The notes beneath the pieces were generated by a model, which was not told where the DNA came from, made no database searches, and saw only the letters and a list, made by a program, of their open reading frames with translations. A DNA stretch of 63,879 bases, filler included, from Reclinomonas americana ATCC 50394 (Eukaryota): the NCBI GenBank assembly GCA_048213135.1. It is 5 parts of 3 records of this genome, joined end to end, with 100 filler letters (N's around TTAATTAATTAA, not from the genome) between each part and the next. Parts side by side here need not be neighbours in the genome. Positions count along the whole stretch, not along the records: positions 26,847 to 48,942 come from PS015063.1; positions 49,043 to 57,702 come from PS015063.1; 3 more parts are not named here. One strand, given 5' to 3'. Of the stretch, positions 42,601-55,446 are shown one piece after another (position 1 is the stretch's first letter; each line of letters starts with the position of its first letter). A program made the position numbers and the translations under genes.

Positions 42601-45600
42601 TCTTCCTCGTCGCGCTCCTCACCGCCATCCTCCTCCTCCGCCTCATGTGTCACCTGATACACCTCATAGAACGGCAAGTCGCAGTACAGCTGACGCATGC
42701 GGTCGAATTCGCACGCCGCCACAGCCGCGTTCTTCTCGTGCGTGTGCGACATTTTGTGCTGCGTGCGGGGGGTACGAATGAGGGGAGACAAGGGGGAGGA
42801 GAAGGAGCAAGAAGAGAGGCACAGACCTCCAGCAGGGTGGTGGTGAAATTGTCGTGGCAGATCTCGCACCACTTGGGTGTCTGCGCTTGTTCCTTTTTCG
42901 ATGCGCGGGAGGAGATTCGACGGAGGGGTTGTCGGCTCCTGCGGGAGGGGAAAGGGGGGTTAGAGGGGAAGGGAGACGGAAAGGGAGACGGAAAAGGAAA
43001 GGGGGACAGGGGAGGGGAGAGGGAAGAGAGAGGGGAAGGGAGAGGCGAAGGAAGACAGAAAGGGATAGGGAGGGGAAAAGGCCAAGAGGGAAGAGGATGC
43101 GTGACTGGGATAGGAAGAGAAAGGTGGATCAGAGCGACGGAATGATAGACGAGTGACCAAGTGGGAAGGGACAAGGAATGAACAACTGGGAGAGAGGAAG
43201 GAAGGCGAGGTGCAGAAGAACTGGGAAGTGGCCGAGAAGGGGGCGGAGGCGTGACCGAGAAGGAAAGGAAGAAAGAACGATTGAAGAATAGCAACATAAG
43301 AAGAATAATGAGGCAGAAGGACAGGGAAAAAAAGACCGCAAGAGGGGGGGTGGGGGGGGGGGGGGGGATGAGGGAATGGAAGAGGGAATGGAGGAGAACA
43401 GTGGAGATGATGGATGAGGGAACGGAGGAGAGAACGGAGGAGAAGATGGATGAGGGAATGGAAGAGGGAACGGATGAGGAAGTGGAGGAGAGAATGGACG
43501 AGAACGGAAAACAAGATGAACAAGAAAGGAAAAGAGAATGGAAGGAGACAAAGCAGGAGAGAAAAAGAGAGGACAAGCAAATCCTGTCCTCACACCCTCA
43601 TTCTCCAGAGACAAGGACAGGCCCATCCTGTCCTCCCACCCTGCCGCTCCCTGCCATCTCACGCAACTGCAATGGAGTGCTTCCACGAATCTCGCCTCGC
43701 ACAGCAGGAGGCAGCAGCGCACCTGCACCGGCCGCCTGTTGTGCAGCCTACATGTCAGCATGGTAGACAAAAACAACCGATTCACGAACAAAACTCACCC
43801 TCTGCTGACTCGACTTGGCGCTGTACGAGGACGTGGGAAACGCGAACGGAGAGCGGGTGTCACCCGGCAGTGTCAGCGACACGCGCGGTGCAATGCACGG
43901 TTTGTGTTCGAGTGAGGCGTCGGCAGTGGCTGAGGTGCGAGTGGCTGCCAGCATCAACGTGTTGGGCGACGGAAGGAGAGAGAGATGACAGAGTGGGGAG
44001 AACTGACCTGGCGTGGCCTCGCGACCAGTGCGTCGTGAAGCGTCCTGCGGCGACGGTGTGCCGGGAGGAAGCATGCGCGTATCGGCGACGGCCGGTGGCA
44101 GCTGCATTATTGGTGAAAAGATGGCGTGAGTGGCAAGGTGAAACACACCACTTGGCTTACCCACGCCAACATACCATTCGCTGACTCGGTGACGGTGTCA
44201 TGGACTGTGGCTGTACAGCTATGGGCGCCGCAAAGGGCGAATCCGGTTGCGTCTGCTGTCCGGGACTCTGCATCGGCAGCGGTGACGCAGAGGCCGTGGT
44301 GCTTGCGGCGTTTTGATTGTTGCTCGACGTGATCATGCGCGCCGACGGCGAGGCCATGACTCGTGGCGGCAGAAACTCTTTCCACATGGGCTGGTACGTG
44401 CTGGTGGTGTCGCGCACAATGAGGTACGTTTCGCCGAGCTTGATGGGCGGCGGGTTGCCATTGGTGCGTGGTGTGGCCGACAAGGCGGCCGCCGTCTTGG
44501 CCAGCGCGGCCGACGGCACGGGCGGGGCGGGCGGTGGCGGCGGTCGCGTGTTGATGCCGAGATTCACCAGCACCGCGTCGGCGTTCAGACCGAGATACTT
44601 GGCGAGCCACGTTCCCAGCGCTGCACGCCGAGTGAGCATTCACACTCATCGACACGATGAGCCACACACACACACACACACAAACCTGCGGGATTAGGAA
44701 AAACATGCNNNNNNNNNNNNNNNNNNNNNNNNNNNNNNNNNNNNNNNNNNNNNNNNNNNNNNNNNNNNNNNNNNNNNNNNNNNNNNNNNNNNNNNNNNNN
44801 NNNNNNNNNNNNNNNNNNNNNNNNNNNNNNNNNNNNNNNNNNNNNNNNNNNNNNNNNNNNNNNNGTATTGGCACGCGCGATTTGGGTTCCGGCGCTTCCG
44901 CGACGCCTGTTTCGCTCTGCGAGATGGTTGGCGGTTCCGACCTAGCGGAGGGAAAGAAGAATGAGTGGCTGCAGAGATAAGAGGGACGTGCACGACACAC
45001 GCACCCTATCGAGTCGTCGCCCTCTTGTCGCTGCGTTTGTTGCTGTTGCCCCTGCTGGCGCTTCATGTGCAATGCCGCCAACACCATGCGTTGACCACGG
45101 GCCTGTGGGCCGCTGGCGGAGGCTCGCGAGTCGGCGACAATGGATTCCACTTCCTGTGGTGGAAGGCAAGGGTGAGGGGGAAGGAGATGAGGGGGAAGGG
45201 GGAAAGAATAAACGGAGGAGTTCGCACCTCCACGCTGGGATTCCTGCAGAAGGGGGGATATGGTGAGAAGGTGGGGAAGGCGACAAGGGGAGGGGGGAGG
45301 AAAGAAAGAGGGGACAGGACAAGGGAAATGATACAAGGAGAGGGAAGTGAGAAGAGAGAAAGGAGAAGAGGGGATGGGAAAGAATAGGGGAAGGGGACGA
45401 CGGAAAGGGGAAGATGGAGGAGGAGGGAGACAGTAGATGAGAGGAGGGGGAAGCGGAATGGGGTACGGAGGAAGAAGGGGAAGGAGAGAGAGAAGAAGAG
45501 AAAGAGAAGGAGAGCGAGCAAGAGAGGGATTCAGTGAGAACGAGTGAGCAAGAGAGAGAGAAAGAGAAACAAAGAGAGAAAGTGAGTCTGTGAGCGACAG

Positions 45601-47884
45601 AAAGGAAGAGCAGAGAAGAACCAGACAAAGTGGAAGAAGCTGAGCACGTTGACGTGAAAGAAGAACAGAGCAACGAAGCAGACTAAGGTGGACTAAAGAG
45701 GGCACCAGCGGAAATCCAGAAGCTTGCACGAACCTCAGTCCCGGTTTCGTCAGCACCACCTTGCTCTTGTGCGGCGGCACCTCTTTGTCGGCGTCCAGCG
45801 CCACTCGCTGCGTTGACACACCGCGAATGAGTGGGCAACTTCATCACACACAACAACGCAAGCTGCCCGAACCCCTCCATGCTCAGAGACAAAGCCGGCG
45901 AATCGCTCACGCTCGGCGGCGTCGTCAAAGAAGAACACGTATCGTGACAGCGTGTGCTTGCTAGACGACGAACTTCGACCGCTCTCCGCAGCTGCTGTTG
46001 TCGTGGTCGTTGTCGTAGTTGTGGTTGTCTTGGTGGTGGTAGAAGTGGCAACAGCGACGGCGTCGGCGACGGCCATCGAGGCGACAGTGTCACCACCGAG
46101 AGCCGCAGCCACACCCGCCGCAGCGGCAGCTGTTGCTGCGGCGGTGAGCGGTACAGTAAAGGCGCCAAATGGAGCCAGCACCGGCTGGTGGGCGGCGGGA
46201 GGTGGTGGAGGTGGTGGTGGGGGGTTGGTGTGGTACGCCGAGTCCGCCGAGGAGGAGGATATCGAGCGCTGGGAAGGGAGAAGGGAAGGGAGAGGGGAAG
46301 GGAGAGGGGAAGGGAGAAGGGACGGGAGAAGGGAGAAGGGAGAAGGGAAGTGAGTACAAACAAGAGGCAAAGAAATTGAACGAAGAGTGTAGATATCAAG
46401 AAAACAAGGCTCACGAGGGAGAGACGCAGTGCCGTGACAGCGGTGAGCGCAGAGGGCAGACAAGGTGCAAACGAGCGGAGTTACAAACGGGCACAGAGAG
46501 TAACCAGGATAGATATTATAGAGGCTTATGAGTAGAGCGACGCAGAGCACGTGAGAGGGAGAGCCAGAAAGAGAGAGTCACAGCAACCTCACGAATGAAT
46601 TATACAAGGCAATAACGCGTCATCGCTGTGACTCAAATCAAGACAAGGTACGGCAAGGGAGGAAGGCGTGAGAGGCTCCGTCAAGCCCCTCGAGAAGTAC
46701 ACAGGACAGAACGCGAACGCGAGGAAGAAAAGAGAAGCTCATAATGGAACCACGCAAATTACACATGGCAATAACGTTGCTCGTGACAAATGATGTTACG
46801 GCAGCGTAGGAGAAGGAGGAGGTACGAGAGGCTTATGAGCACAATGACGCGCAGAGAGAGTCACAACAGCCTTGCGAATGAAATACGCAAAAGGGGAAAA
46901 TTTCACAAGGCAATAACGTGTCATCGATCGCGACAGCTGAAGTCACGGCAAAGCAAGGACGGAAAGGAAGCCGTGAGAGGCTCTGCAGAGCGTTACGGCA
47001 GAATGCCGCACAGAATGCGAAAGCGCGGATGAAACGCAATTACACAAGGCAATACCGTGTTATTGTTCGTGGCAACACAAATCAAGACAGAGCTGGAGAA
47101 GGAAGGTAAGCATGATGGGCTCTGCCTAGCCTCGTGAGTAGATTGCCGTGCAGAACGTGAAAAGGAGAGGCACAAAGAGACTCATGAATGTAACACACAA
47201 TAAGGGCAAGGTTACACAAGGCAATGGTTCGTGACATCTGATGCCAACGCAGAGGAAGGGAAGGGAGGAAGGCGTGAAGGCCTCTGAATAGCCTTATGAA
47301 CAGAATGACGAAAAGAAAAGAGAGAGGAAGAGGCACAAAGAGAGACTCATGAATTGAACACACAATAAGGGCAAGGTCACACAAGGTTTGTGACAGCGAA
47401 TGCGCGAGTGGCACAGCGGGCGACAGGAGAAGAGCATGATGGACTCTGCAGAGGCTCCTGAGCGGAAAGACGAAAGGAAAAGAGAAGAGGGAAAAGAGAC
47501 TCATGAATGAAACACACAATATGGCAAAGTTACACAAGGCAATCGTTCGCGACAACTAATGCCAAGGCAGAGCGACGGGAGAGAGGAAGGCGTGAGGGGC
47601 TCTGCAGAGGCTCTTGAGCAGAATGGCGAAAGGAAAAGAGAGAGGAAAAGGGAATAGAGTATAAAGTGAGCGAGAGAGAGAGAAAGAGAAACACAGTCAA
47701 GGCTCCACTAAACACAAAGTGCAATTCCCCTCACAAGACCACAGCTACACAAGCTCACCACGTCCCCCACTCAACGACACAGCAACACACAAAGACACCA
47801 CTGACTCCCCAAACATGTCAAACAACCACTCTTCTCTCACTCTTGCATGCCTGTGCGCGTGAGAACGTGCAAGTGAGTGAGTGA

Positions 47885-47950
<66 letters not shown>

Positions 47951-48306
47951 CGTGAGAGAGTGGAAGAGTGAGTGAATGGATACGTGAGAGTAAGTGTTTG
48001 CTTGTTAAGTGTCACCCTTCCCAACCCTCTCTCTCCCCACTCTCCCTCTCCCTCCCCTGTCTCCCCCACCTGCGCCTTCTGCAAGTGCGACTTGAGCGCC
48101 TGCCTATGCGGAGGAGTCGGCCCTCGACTCACAGCAGCAGTTGCTGTTGTTGTCGTTGAAGTCACGCGCGACACTCGCGACGACTGCTGCCTGCGCATCG
48201 ACTGCAACTGATGCTGCTGCTGTTGCTGCATCAGCTGCGCAGGCGGCACGTGCACCAGTGGTGCGTGGCGAGTGGGTGGAGCAGGGGGTTTGCCACTCTC
48301 ATCCAT
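42600..48306 (-). CDS. DBF4: Dbf4/ASK-like regulatory subunit of the Cdc7 kinase
   Basis: BRCT-like motif N (LSRYVFFFD...FVSEHGG|RV), ARGQRMV, motif M (YLIVRDTTSTYQPMWKEF) and zf-DBF WCEICHDNFTTTLLE|HKMSHTHEKNA. Putative ATG 48306; includes a probable 16-nt exon near 45228-45243. Confidence 0.75.
46590..47660. repeat. Degenerate ~150-bp tandem repeat in a long intron
   Basis: Core ttacacaaggcaat...gtgac recurs at ~46600, 46760, 46901, 47040, 47212, 47377 and 47529. Confidence 0.75.
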
Positions 48307-48635
48307 TCGTACTGTCGCGCTTGCTGTGACTGACACACACACACTCGTGCGCGTTGTGTTTAGTGTCGCACACGCACACACACAGAGAGCGCACAGCAGT
48401 GGCGAGTGAGTGAGAAGTGCAAACGTTGTTGGCGGGAAAAAACGAGTGCATGACGCACGTGCGTGTAACTGTCCCATCGTGACGCACTCTCACTTTGCAT
48501 TCATGTCGTTCAGAGGTGAGAAGGCGCATGCGAGGGAGAGGAAGCGTGTGTGAGAGTGAGAGTGTGAGAGAAGAAGAGTGCTGTGTCCGATTTCATGCAA
48601 CTTGACTCTCACTTGCACACGGACGGAGAGAGATG

Positions 48636-48920
48636 CTTTGCACTTAGGCGTCACCTTAGGCGCAGTAGGCGTCGCCTAATGTCACCTGAGTAGCGCAGTC
48701 TGCATTCTCTCACACACAGACACGCAGGGAAGGAGAGACTTGTAAAGTGCACTTAGGCATGATAGGCGTCGCCTTATCTGCAGAAGTTCAGTCTGCAGTC
48801 TATCTCTCTCTCACACACACACTCGCAGGGAAGGAGAGACCTTGTAATGTGCACTTAGGCGTCACCTTAGGCGTGATACGCGTCGCCTAATCTATCACCA
48901 GAGAAGTATAGTCTGCTCTC
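48636..48920. repeat. Three degenerate ~105-bp tandem units containing gcacttaggc and taggcgtcgccta
   Basis: Units begin at ~48640, ~48749 and ~48851; shared cgcagggaaggagagac and agtctgc. Confidence 0.75.
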
Positions 48921-48942
48921 TCTCTCTCTCTCTCTCTCTCTC

Positions 48943-49042
48943 NNNNNNNNNNNNNNNNNNNNNNNNNNNNNNNNNNNNNNNNNNNNTTAATTAATTAANN
49001 NNNNNNNNNNNNNNNNNNNNNNNNNNNNNNNNNNNNNNNNNN
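48943..49042. other. Artificial scaffold linker
   Basis: TTAATTAATTAA at 48987-48998 within N runs. Confidence 0.97.
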
Positions 49043-49087
49043 CGTACGTACGTACGTCGTTCTACGTACGTACGTACGTACGTCGTC

Positions 49088-49205
<118 letters not shown>

Positions 49206-49280
49206 ATTTGTGACACTCGCTGGCACTCTTTCTCACCCACTCCTCTTTTCCCCCCATTCTCCTCGTGTTTTTCTTCGCAG

Positions 49281-49583
49281 GTCGCGGCAGCTCTCCTGGT
49301 CCTGTTGGTGGCCACTCTTCGTCGGCTGGTGGCGCGTCGGCGGCGGCGGCTGCTTCTGCGCCGGCGATTGATCGTGAGAAGACGACGCCGTTCTTGCTCA
49401 GAGTGTTTGTCAAGGATGGTGGACCGCATCGGTGAGTGAGAGAAGAAAGAGGAGGAGGAGAAGAAGAAGAAGAAGAAGAAGAAGAAGAAGAAGAGAGAGG
49501 GATGCAGACGTCAGCGCTTGTGTGCTTTCTCTCTCTCTCTCTCTCTGTGTGTGTGTGAAGAGTGAGTGAGTGAGTGTGTGTGT

Positions 49584-49630
<47 letters not shown>

Positions 49631-49944
49631 ACAAGAGAGATGCAGACGTCAGCGATTGTGTGCTTTCTCTCTCTCTCTGTCTCTCTCTCTCTCTCTCTCT
49701 GTCTCTCTGTCTCTCTGTCTCTCTCTCTTCCTCGGTGTGTGTGTGTGTGTGTGTGTTCGTGTGGACATGTTGCACTTGCTGACTTGTCATGTTGTTGTCG
49801 TGTATTGTTTGTGCAGTGCGGCGGAGTTTTCGGCGACACAGGCGCCTGTGGAGGATGAGGTGCAGATGTACACTTGGTGAGTGTGTGTGTGTGAGAGAGA
49901 AGAGCTTAAGAGATTGCATTGCATGCATAAGAGAAAGAGAGCAA

Positions 49945-50006
<62 letters not shown>

Positions 50007-51069
50007 GAGAGAGAGAGAGAGGAAGGCGATGCTTCTGCAGCGACTATAATGCGACCCAGGCGGCGACGTAGGCAATGTCCCTTCTATGATTGAGATTGTA
50101 TGTGATGGCTTTGCAACACCTTGCACGACTGAGCGACGCATTATCCGTGGGGAACGAGTGAGAAAGGAAGAGACTGAGAGATCGCGTTGCATGTTTGTGT
50201 GTCGGCTAGTCCGAATCAAGTGCTTACGCGATGTGTTAGCCGTGAGAACGAGGGGCTAGTTGACTACGTGGCACTTCACCTGCTTCTCTCTCAACACTCT
50301 TGATTGTTTGCAGGTTGGATGCGACCATGCGCGAGCTGTGCAACCTGGTGAAGGAGGTGAACAAGTCGGCGCGTGCGCGCGATGCACGCGTGGCGTTTTA
50401 CTCGGTGTATCCCGATTTGAGGCGTGGGGCGTTCACTTCGCGACAACTTGGCGAGGTTTGTCGCGTTTCCCAGTTTCTCCCTCTCCCACTCGTTGGTTTT
50501 GCTCTCGCTTGCATCGCGTCTCTTACCCGTTCTCTGTCTGTCAAGCACGTTGCGCTGTGCAGTCCCCTGTCTTCTTGTACAAAGAAACCCCGTGCTTTTC
50601 TTACATGTGCGCTTCGCGCCTCGTTTCACGCTCACAAAGCATTCCCATTCCCTTTCCCTCCCACTATTATCCCTTCTCTCGCTCTACTCGATGCAACGCT
50701 CATCATGCTTGGTCCGTTTCGCTGATCTAGTCTCCTCTTCCATGAACCCATCGCGATCTCTGTCACTGTGAATCTCTTTCCCGCCTTCTCGTTGCCTCTC
50801 GCTCTCTCGCTTCGTTCTTTTCGTTCCCGTTACCCATCGCGATCTCTCTCGATGCATCGTCTTCCTTCCATTGCCTCTCACTCTCACTTTCTTTGTTTTC
50901 TCGCACTCATCACATTTCTCTTTCCTTTCCTCCCTCGTCCCTCACTGCCTTCCCCTTCTCCCCCCGCCAGGTCATCTCCGGCCGCCGCACCTCGGCCGAC
51001 GAGAGAACACTGGCCGAGTGCCGCTTCGAGATTGGCGACTACCTGGACGTGGCGGTGTACGAGCGCTAA
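49281..51069 (+). CDS. SAP18: Sin3-associated polypeptide 18 (first exon missing)
   Basis: IDREKTTPFLLRVF, EVQMYTW|LDATMRELCNLVKEV and RFEIGDYLDVAV. Exons 49281-49431, 49817-49876, 50314-50455, 50971-51069. Confidence 0.95.
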
Positions 51070-51219
51070 TCACCAGCGCGCGCGCACACACCATCCATCC
51101 TCATCCTTTTCCTCTTATCACGCACCCCTCTGCCGTTTTTTTTTGTGAGTCGTGCGCGTGAACCAGCATCTTCTTCGCAATTGTCGCCGCCATGTACTCT
51201 TGCTCGCTTCACTCACTCC

Positions 51220-52650
51220 TCACAATAATGCGCACGCTCGCGATGCGTTCTTGCCGTCGTCGAGTGGTGCGCCATCATCGTCGGGGGCTTCCCACGCCTC
51301 GATCTCGACCTTGAAGTAGGCGAACACGGGTCGGTGGTCCGACGAGCGCATCTCCCGAATCGAGTCGTACATCATTAATTGTATGCCTTGCGGTCGGAAG
51401 AGCACGCGATCGGTCCAGGAGGGGATGCGGCGCTGTTCGTAAGAAAAGAGTGAGATAGTGAGGAGAGGTTTGCACGTCTCCTCGCACTTCTCTCTCCCAC
51501 GAATCTCTTACTCCTCTTGTTCTTCGTCGCATTTATGTCTTCTTCTCCTGCCTCAGAGTGTGCATCGCTATCTTTGTCTACCTCGTATTCTTCCTTTCTC
51601 TTTTCCCTTCCCTTCCCTTCCCTTTCATCTCTTTTCTCTCTCTCCGCCTTGTTCTTTTTTTATCCTTATGTTCTTCTCCTTCTTTTCCCTCAGAGTGTGT
51701 GTATCGCACATTCAATCTGCCTCGCCTCCTTCCCCGCTACTTTTTCTTGTCTTCTTTCTCCCTCATTCTTCTCGCTGCCTCTCAGCTCAGCTTTCCTCTT
51801 TTCTTCTCCTGCTTCTCCTCTCTCCGGCTCTCTAATTTTGTCTCGTCTCCTTCCCATTGTTTTCTTCTCTCTCTCTCTCTCTCGCACACACACGCACACA
51901 ATCTTATCTTCTCTTGACCTTGATAGATTTTCCTCTCTCTCTCTCATGCCATGTCTTGGTCTTCTTCTTCTTTGTTCTCTCAGAGTGTGTGTATCGCTCA
52001 CTCTGTCTGTCATGTCTCCTACTTCCTTCTCATCTCCTGTTTCTCTTCTCCTCTCCTATCTTTTCCTCTCCCACCAGACCCACCTTACTGCTGCTGTCAT
52101 ACACATCGGTCCCTGCATCGAATTTGTACGTGGGCGGAAACGTGATTTGCCCCTCGTCGAATCCGCGAAACACGCGGCGCATTGCGCGCTGTTTCAGCAG
52201 CTGGTCGTTGGCCAGCAGCACGTCGTGCATGTTGCCGGCCAGGCACCGGTCCACGGCCTTGCGCTTGCCCTCGATGCGGTAATTCAAGTCGCCGCACCAA
52301 AACACGCGATCAAATCGCTGCGTCACCGGTAATCTGGCGATGCGCTCCTCGGCGGCCGTCGCCACCGGATCCGGATCGAGGGGGTTGGCGGCAATGTCCA
52401 GCGCCAGGCCCTGGTTGATTTGGTGAAAGTCCTCGTTGCGCTCCTCGACCTTGTGGTCGAAGGCTGCATGGGGGGAAAAGGGAGGTGAGAAAGGAGAAGG
52501 GCGGTGGGAAGACGAGCGAAGATCTAGGTGCACGAGAGAGAAGGAAGACGGAAGAGGGATGAGGAAAGTGTGGGGTAACCAATCACGGACGCATATGGAG
52601 ATGTGTGAATTGAATGCGGACAGGGAGGCAAACGAATATCTCTTAGTCTA

Positions 52651-52683
<33 letters not shown>

Positions 52684-55187
52684 NNNNNNNNNNNNNNNNN
52701 NNNGCGTGCCCACGGCGTAAATGTCGTGCTCGCCAGGCACAATAAACGGGGCCAGCACATCGGGTGGTTGCTGGGGAGTGGAGATGATGAGACAAAGAAT
52801 AGGATGAATGAGAGCAACTTCCACGAACAAACCTTGCCATGCATATTCCACGTCCCCACAAACACAAACACATGGTTCGGAAACACTGGGCCCTCGGCAA
52901 ACGGCTGCACGGCGGCGGCGGCCTCCGGTGTGTCGGCAAACGCGGTAATGTGCAGGGGCAGAGGTCGCGGTGAGTTGGCCACGGCTTCAGCCTCGGCGTC
53001 GAGAAAGGTGCCGGAGACATCCACCGAGGAGCGCTTTTGAGCCAGGATAGAGATGGTGGGGCGTGAACGGGCACTCGTGCTGTGAAGCATGTGGGAGTGA
53101 GGAGAGAAGAGTGAAGAGAGATCAAAGGACAAGGCACTCAAACGCACCTGGTCCCCACAGTTTCCGCAACACCTGGAACATCATCGCCGTCGTCGTCGTC
53201 GCCGTCTCCATCAACAGATGCCACAGCTGCTGCGGCCGCGGATGGGAGGAGGATATCGCTGCCGCTGTCGGTGCTTCGCGAGCCTTCGCGTTGCAGCTGC
53301 GGCGATGGCGGGTCATCATCAGTTTGAGAAGTGATGATTGAGGGAGAGAGAGACGCACAGGCTTTGGTGGAGACATTGCCGAGTCAGTGTCGGAAGAGGC
53401 ACTGTGAGATCCTGAGGGCGCGGGCTGTTGGGAAATTCGGGGTAAGGGCGAGACGACACAGCAGGGATGTTACAGGCAAGACGAAACCGGTGGTGGCAGC
53501 GACGAGTGCAATGGAGGGACAGCCTGCAGGAGGGACACGGAGTCAGCAAAGGACGAGGCAGAGTTGCGCAGCATCGCATGAGACTCACTGCTGGTGATTC
53601 TTCTGTGCGCACTGTGGTCTGCGCAGAGGGAGGAAGCGGTGAGCGGTGACCACACTCAATAGCGAGGGATGACGGCGGAACCTGTGGTGGTGAGCTAGGC
53701 AGCGACTGGCGCGGTTCCGCAGCAGGCTGCATGGTGAATGAGTGAGGGAGGGGAAATACCAAGTGCAGACAACGCATGTGCTCACCGAGTGTGTTTCGAC
53801 GGCGGGGGGAGAGTGGCCCTGAGAGGGAGCACGAAAGTTGAGACAACTTGGCAAGTGACAGGATGCTGCACGTGGAGTGCGCACCGAGGGTGATCCAGCG
53901 GCGGGTGCAGAGTGAACCTGCAAGCGAAAGAGTGAGATATCGCTGCAGGTCAGTGCAACTAAATTTTTTTGCTCACCGAGTGTGTTTCGCCGGCGGGTGG
54001 CGGGTGACCCTGACAGGGAGAATGAAAGATGAGAAACTGCGACGATCGAGAAACAAACCGCAAAAATGGAGAACGCACCGAGGGTGATCCGGCGGCAGCA
54101 GGTGCATGTGTCTGCTGCGGAATGTATGTGTGAGACAGACGCGATGGGGGAACGACATCGCAATCAATGCGCACCGGATGCGATTCGGCAGGTGGCGAGT
54201 GACCCTGAGAGATGGCGAGATGACGTTGAGTGTACAATACAGGGAAGAAGCGAACGCAATACGGTGCACACCGAGTGAGATTCAACGGCGGGTGGCGAGT
54301 GAATCTGCAAAGAGACAAGCGCTGAGATCACGCGGCCGTCAGGGGCCAAACTGCAAGCGACCTCACCGGCAGTGACTCGGCGGCAGGAGGCGCATGAACC
54401 TGAAGGAGAGGACGCTGAGTACACTGAACAGGCAAGAGTTGAATCACAATTGCAGCTCACCGAGTGAGATTCAATGGGTGGCGAGTGACCCTGCAGTGAG
54501 ACATGAATATGAGACTAGGATACCGTCTGGGGCACACAGCAAGTTTCGTCACCGAGTGAGACTCGACAGTGGGTGGCGAATGGCTCTGCGAAAGATGACG
54601 TTGAGCACGCGATGCAAGTGAGCATCGAGTTGCAATCAATTCTCACCGAGTGCGATTCGGCGGCGGGTGGCGTATGTGTCTGCGTGGAGAGAGGGAGAGA
54701 AAGCGATAGAGTGAGACGGATGCTACGGGAGAGCCAAACAGCATGTCGAGCGCACCGGATGCGATTCGGCGGATGGTGAGTGACTCTGCAACAGAACGGC
54801 ACATGAGACTACCTTGCCATATGTGGGAAGAGAGAGAGCAAGCTTCCTCACCGAGTGTGATTTGACGGCAGGTGGCGAGAGACTCTGTGGAGCGCAAGGC
54901 GAGTCAAAACAACAGTTTTCACAAGAACAAGCGCAACGGCGGACAACTCACCGACGGAGCCGCCGCCGCCAACGCGCCAGATGAATCGCTCTGCATCGAA
55001 GCGGGATGAGTAAACACAACGCACTTGCTACCTTCCCGCTGAACGGCGGCATTCGTCTTCACCTGCGGCTGCTGCGCACAGAGAATACAAGTGAGTGCGC
55101 TTGCAGGATCGAACACGAAACGAACGCACGACAACGTACCAGCGGTGCAGTTGCGATAGGCGGCAACGCATTCACAGCGGGCTGCAT
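51220..55187 (-). CDS. INPP5E: Inositol polyphosphate 5-phosphatase, INPP5E-like, with Pro-rich microexon-encoded N-terminus and C-terminal CaaX (CALL)
   Basis: VFVGTWNMHG, VTQRFDRVFWCGDLNYRI, FPPTYKFD, YDSSSK|RRIPSWTDRVLF, SSDHRPV and terminal RACALL*. Middle exons hidden by the gap at 52684-52703; start codon uncertain; subfamily assignment from remembered motifs. Confidence 0.85.
53786..54884 (-). repeat. Array of 12 related phase-0 microexons (30 or 33 nt) separated by 59-76-nt introns
   Basis: Each unit is flanked by CAG| and |GTG on the minus strand: 54852-54884, 54756-54785, 54647-54679, 54553-54585, 54461-54490, 54367-54399, 54272-54304, 54175-54204, 54079-54111, 53977-54009, 53885-53917, 53786-53818. 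Confidence 0.88.
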
Positions 55188-55410
55188 GAGCGAGAAGAGT
55201 GTGAGAAAACGCGGGGACGGCGGACAGCACAAATCAACTGCCAAGTCGACAACGATGCAAGTAAGCTGGCGATAGAGAAAGAGAGGAGTGGAGGTGTGTG
55301 TGAGAGAGAGTGTGCGTATCATGCTATCGGTCGTTGTCACGATCCAGCACCATTCGCCCTCACTCTGAACGACAAGTGACAAGCTCACGACACACACAAA
55401 CACACACACA

Positions 55411-55446
<36 letters not shown>

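Noticed and set aside
43660-43675. Another GTTGCGT donor in the Dbf4-like gene
   Set aside because: The context ttgcag|ttgcgt is better read as an acceptor followed by exon; not counted.
48641-48875. Telomeric TTAGGC array
   Set aside because: The hexamers are dispersed within longer units, not tandem.
53786-54884. CRISPR-like repeat-spacer array
   Set aside because: Repeats are degenerate, codon-structured and bounded by AG/GT splice signals; spacers are intron-sized; eukaryotic context with no cas genes. Reported as microexons instead.
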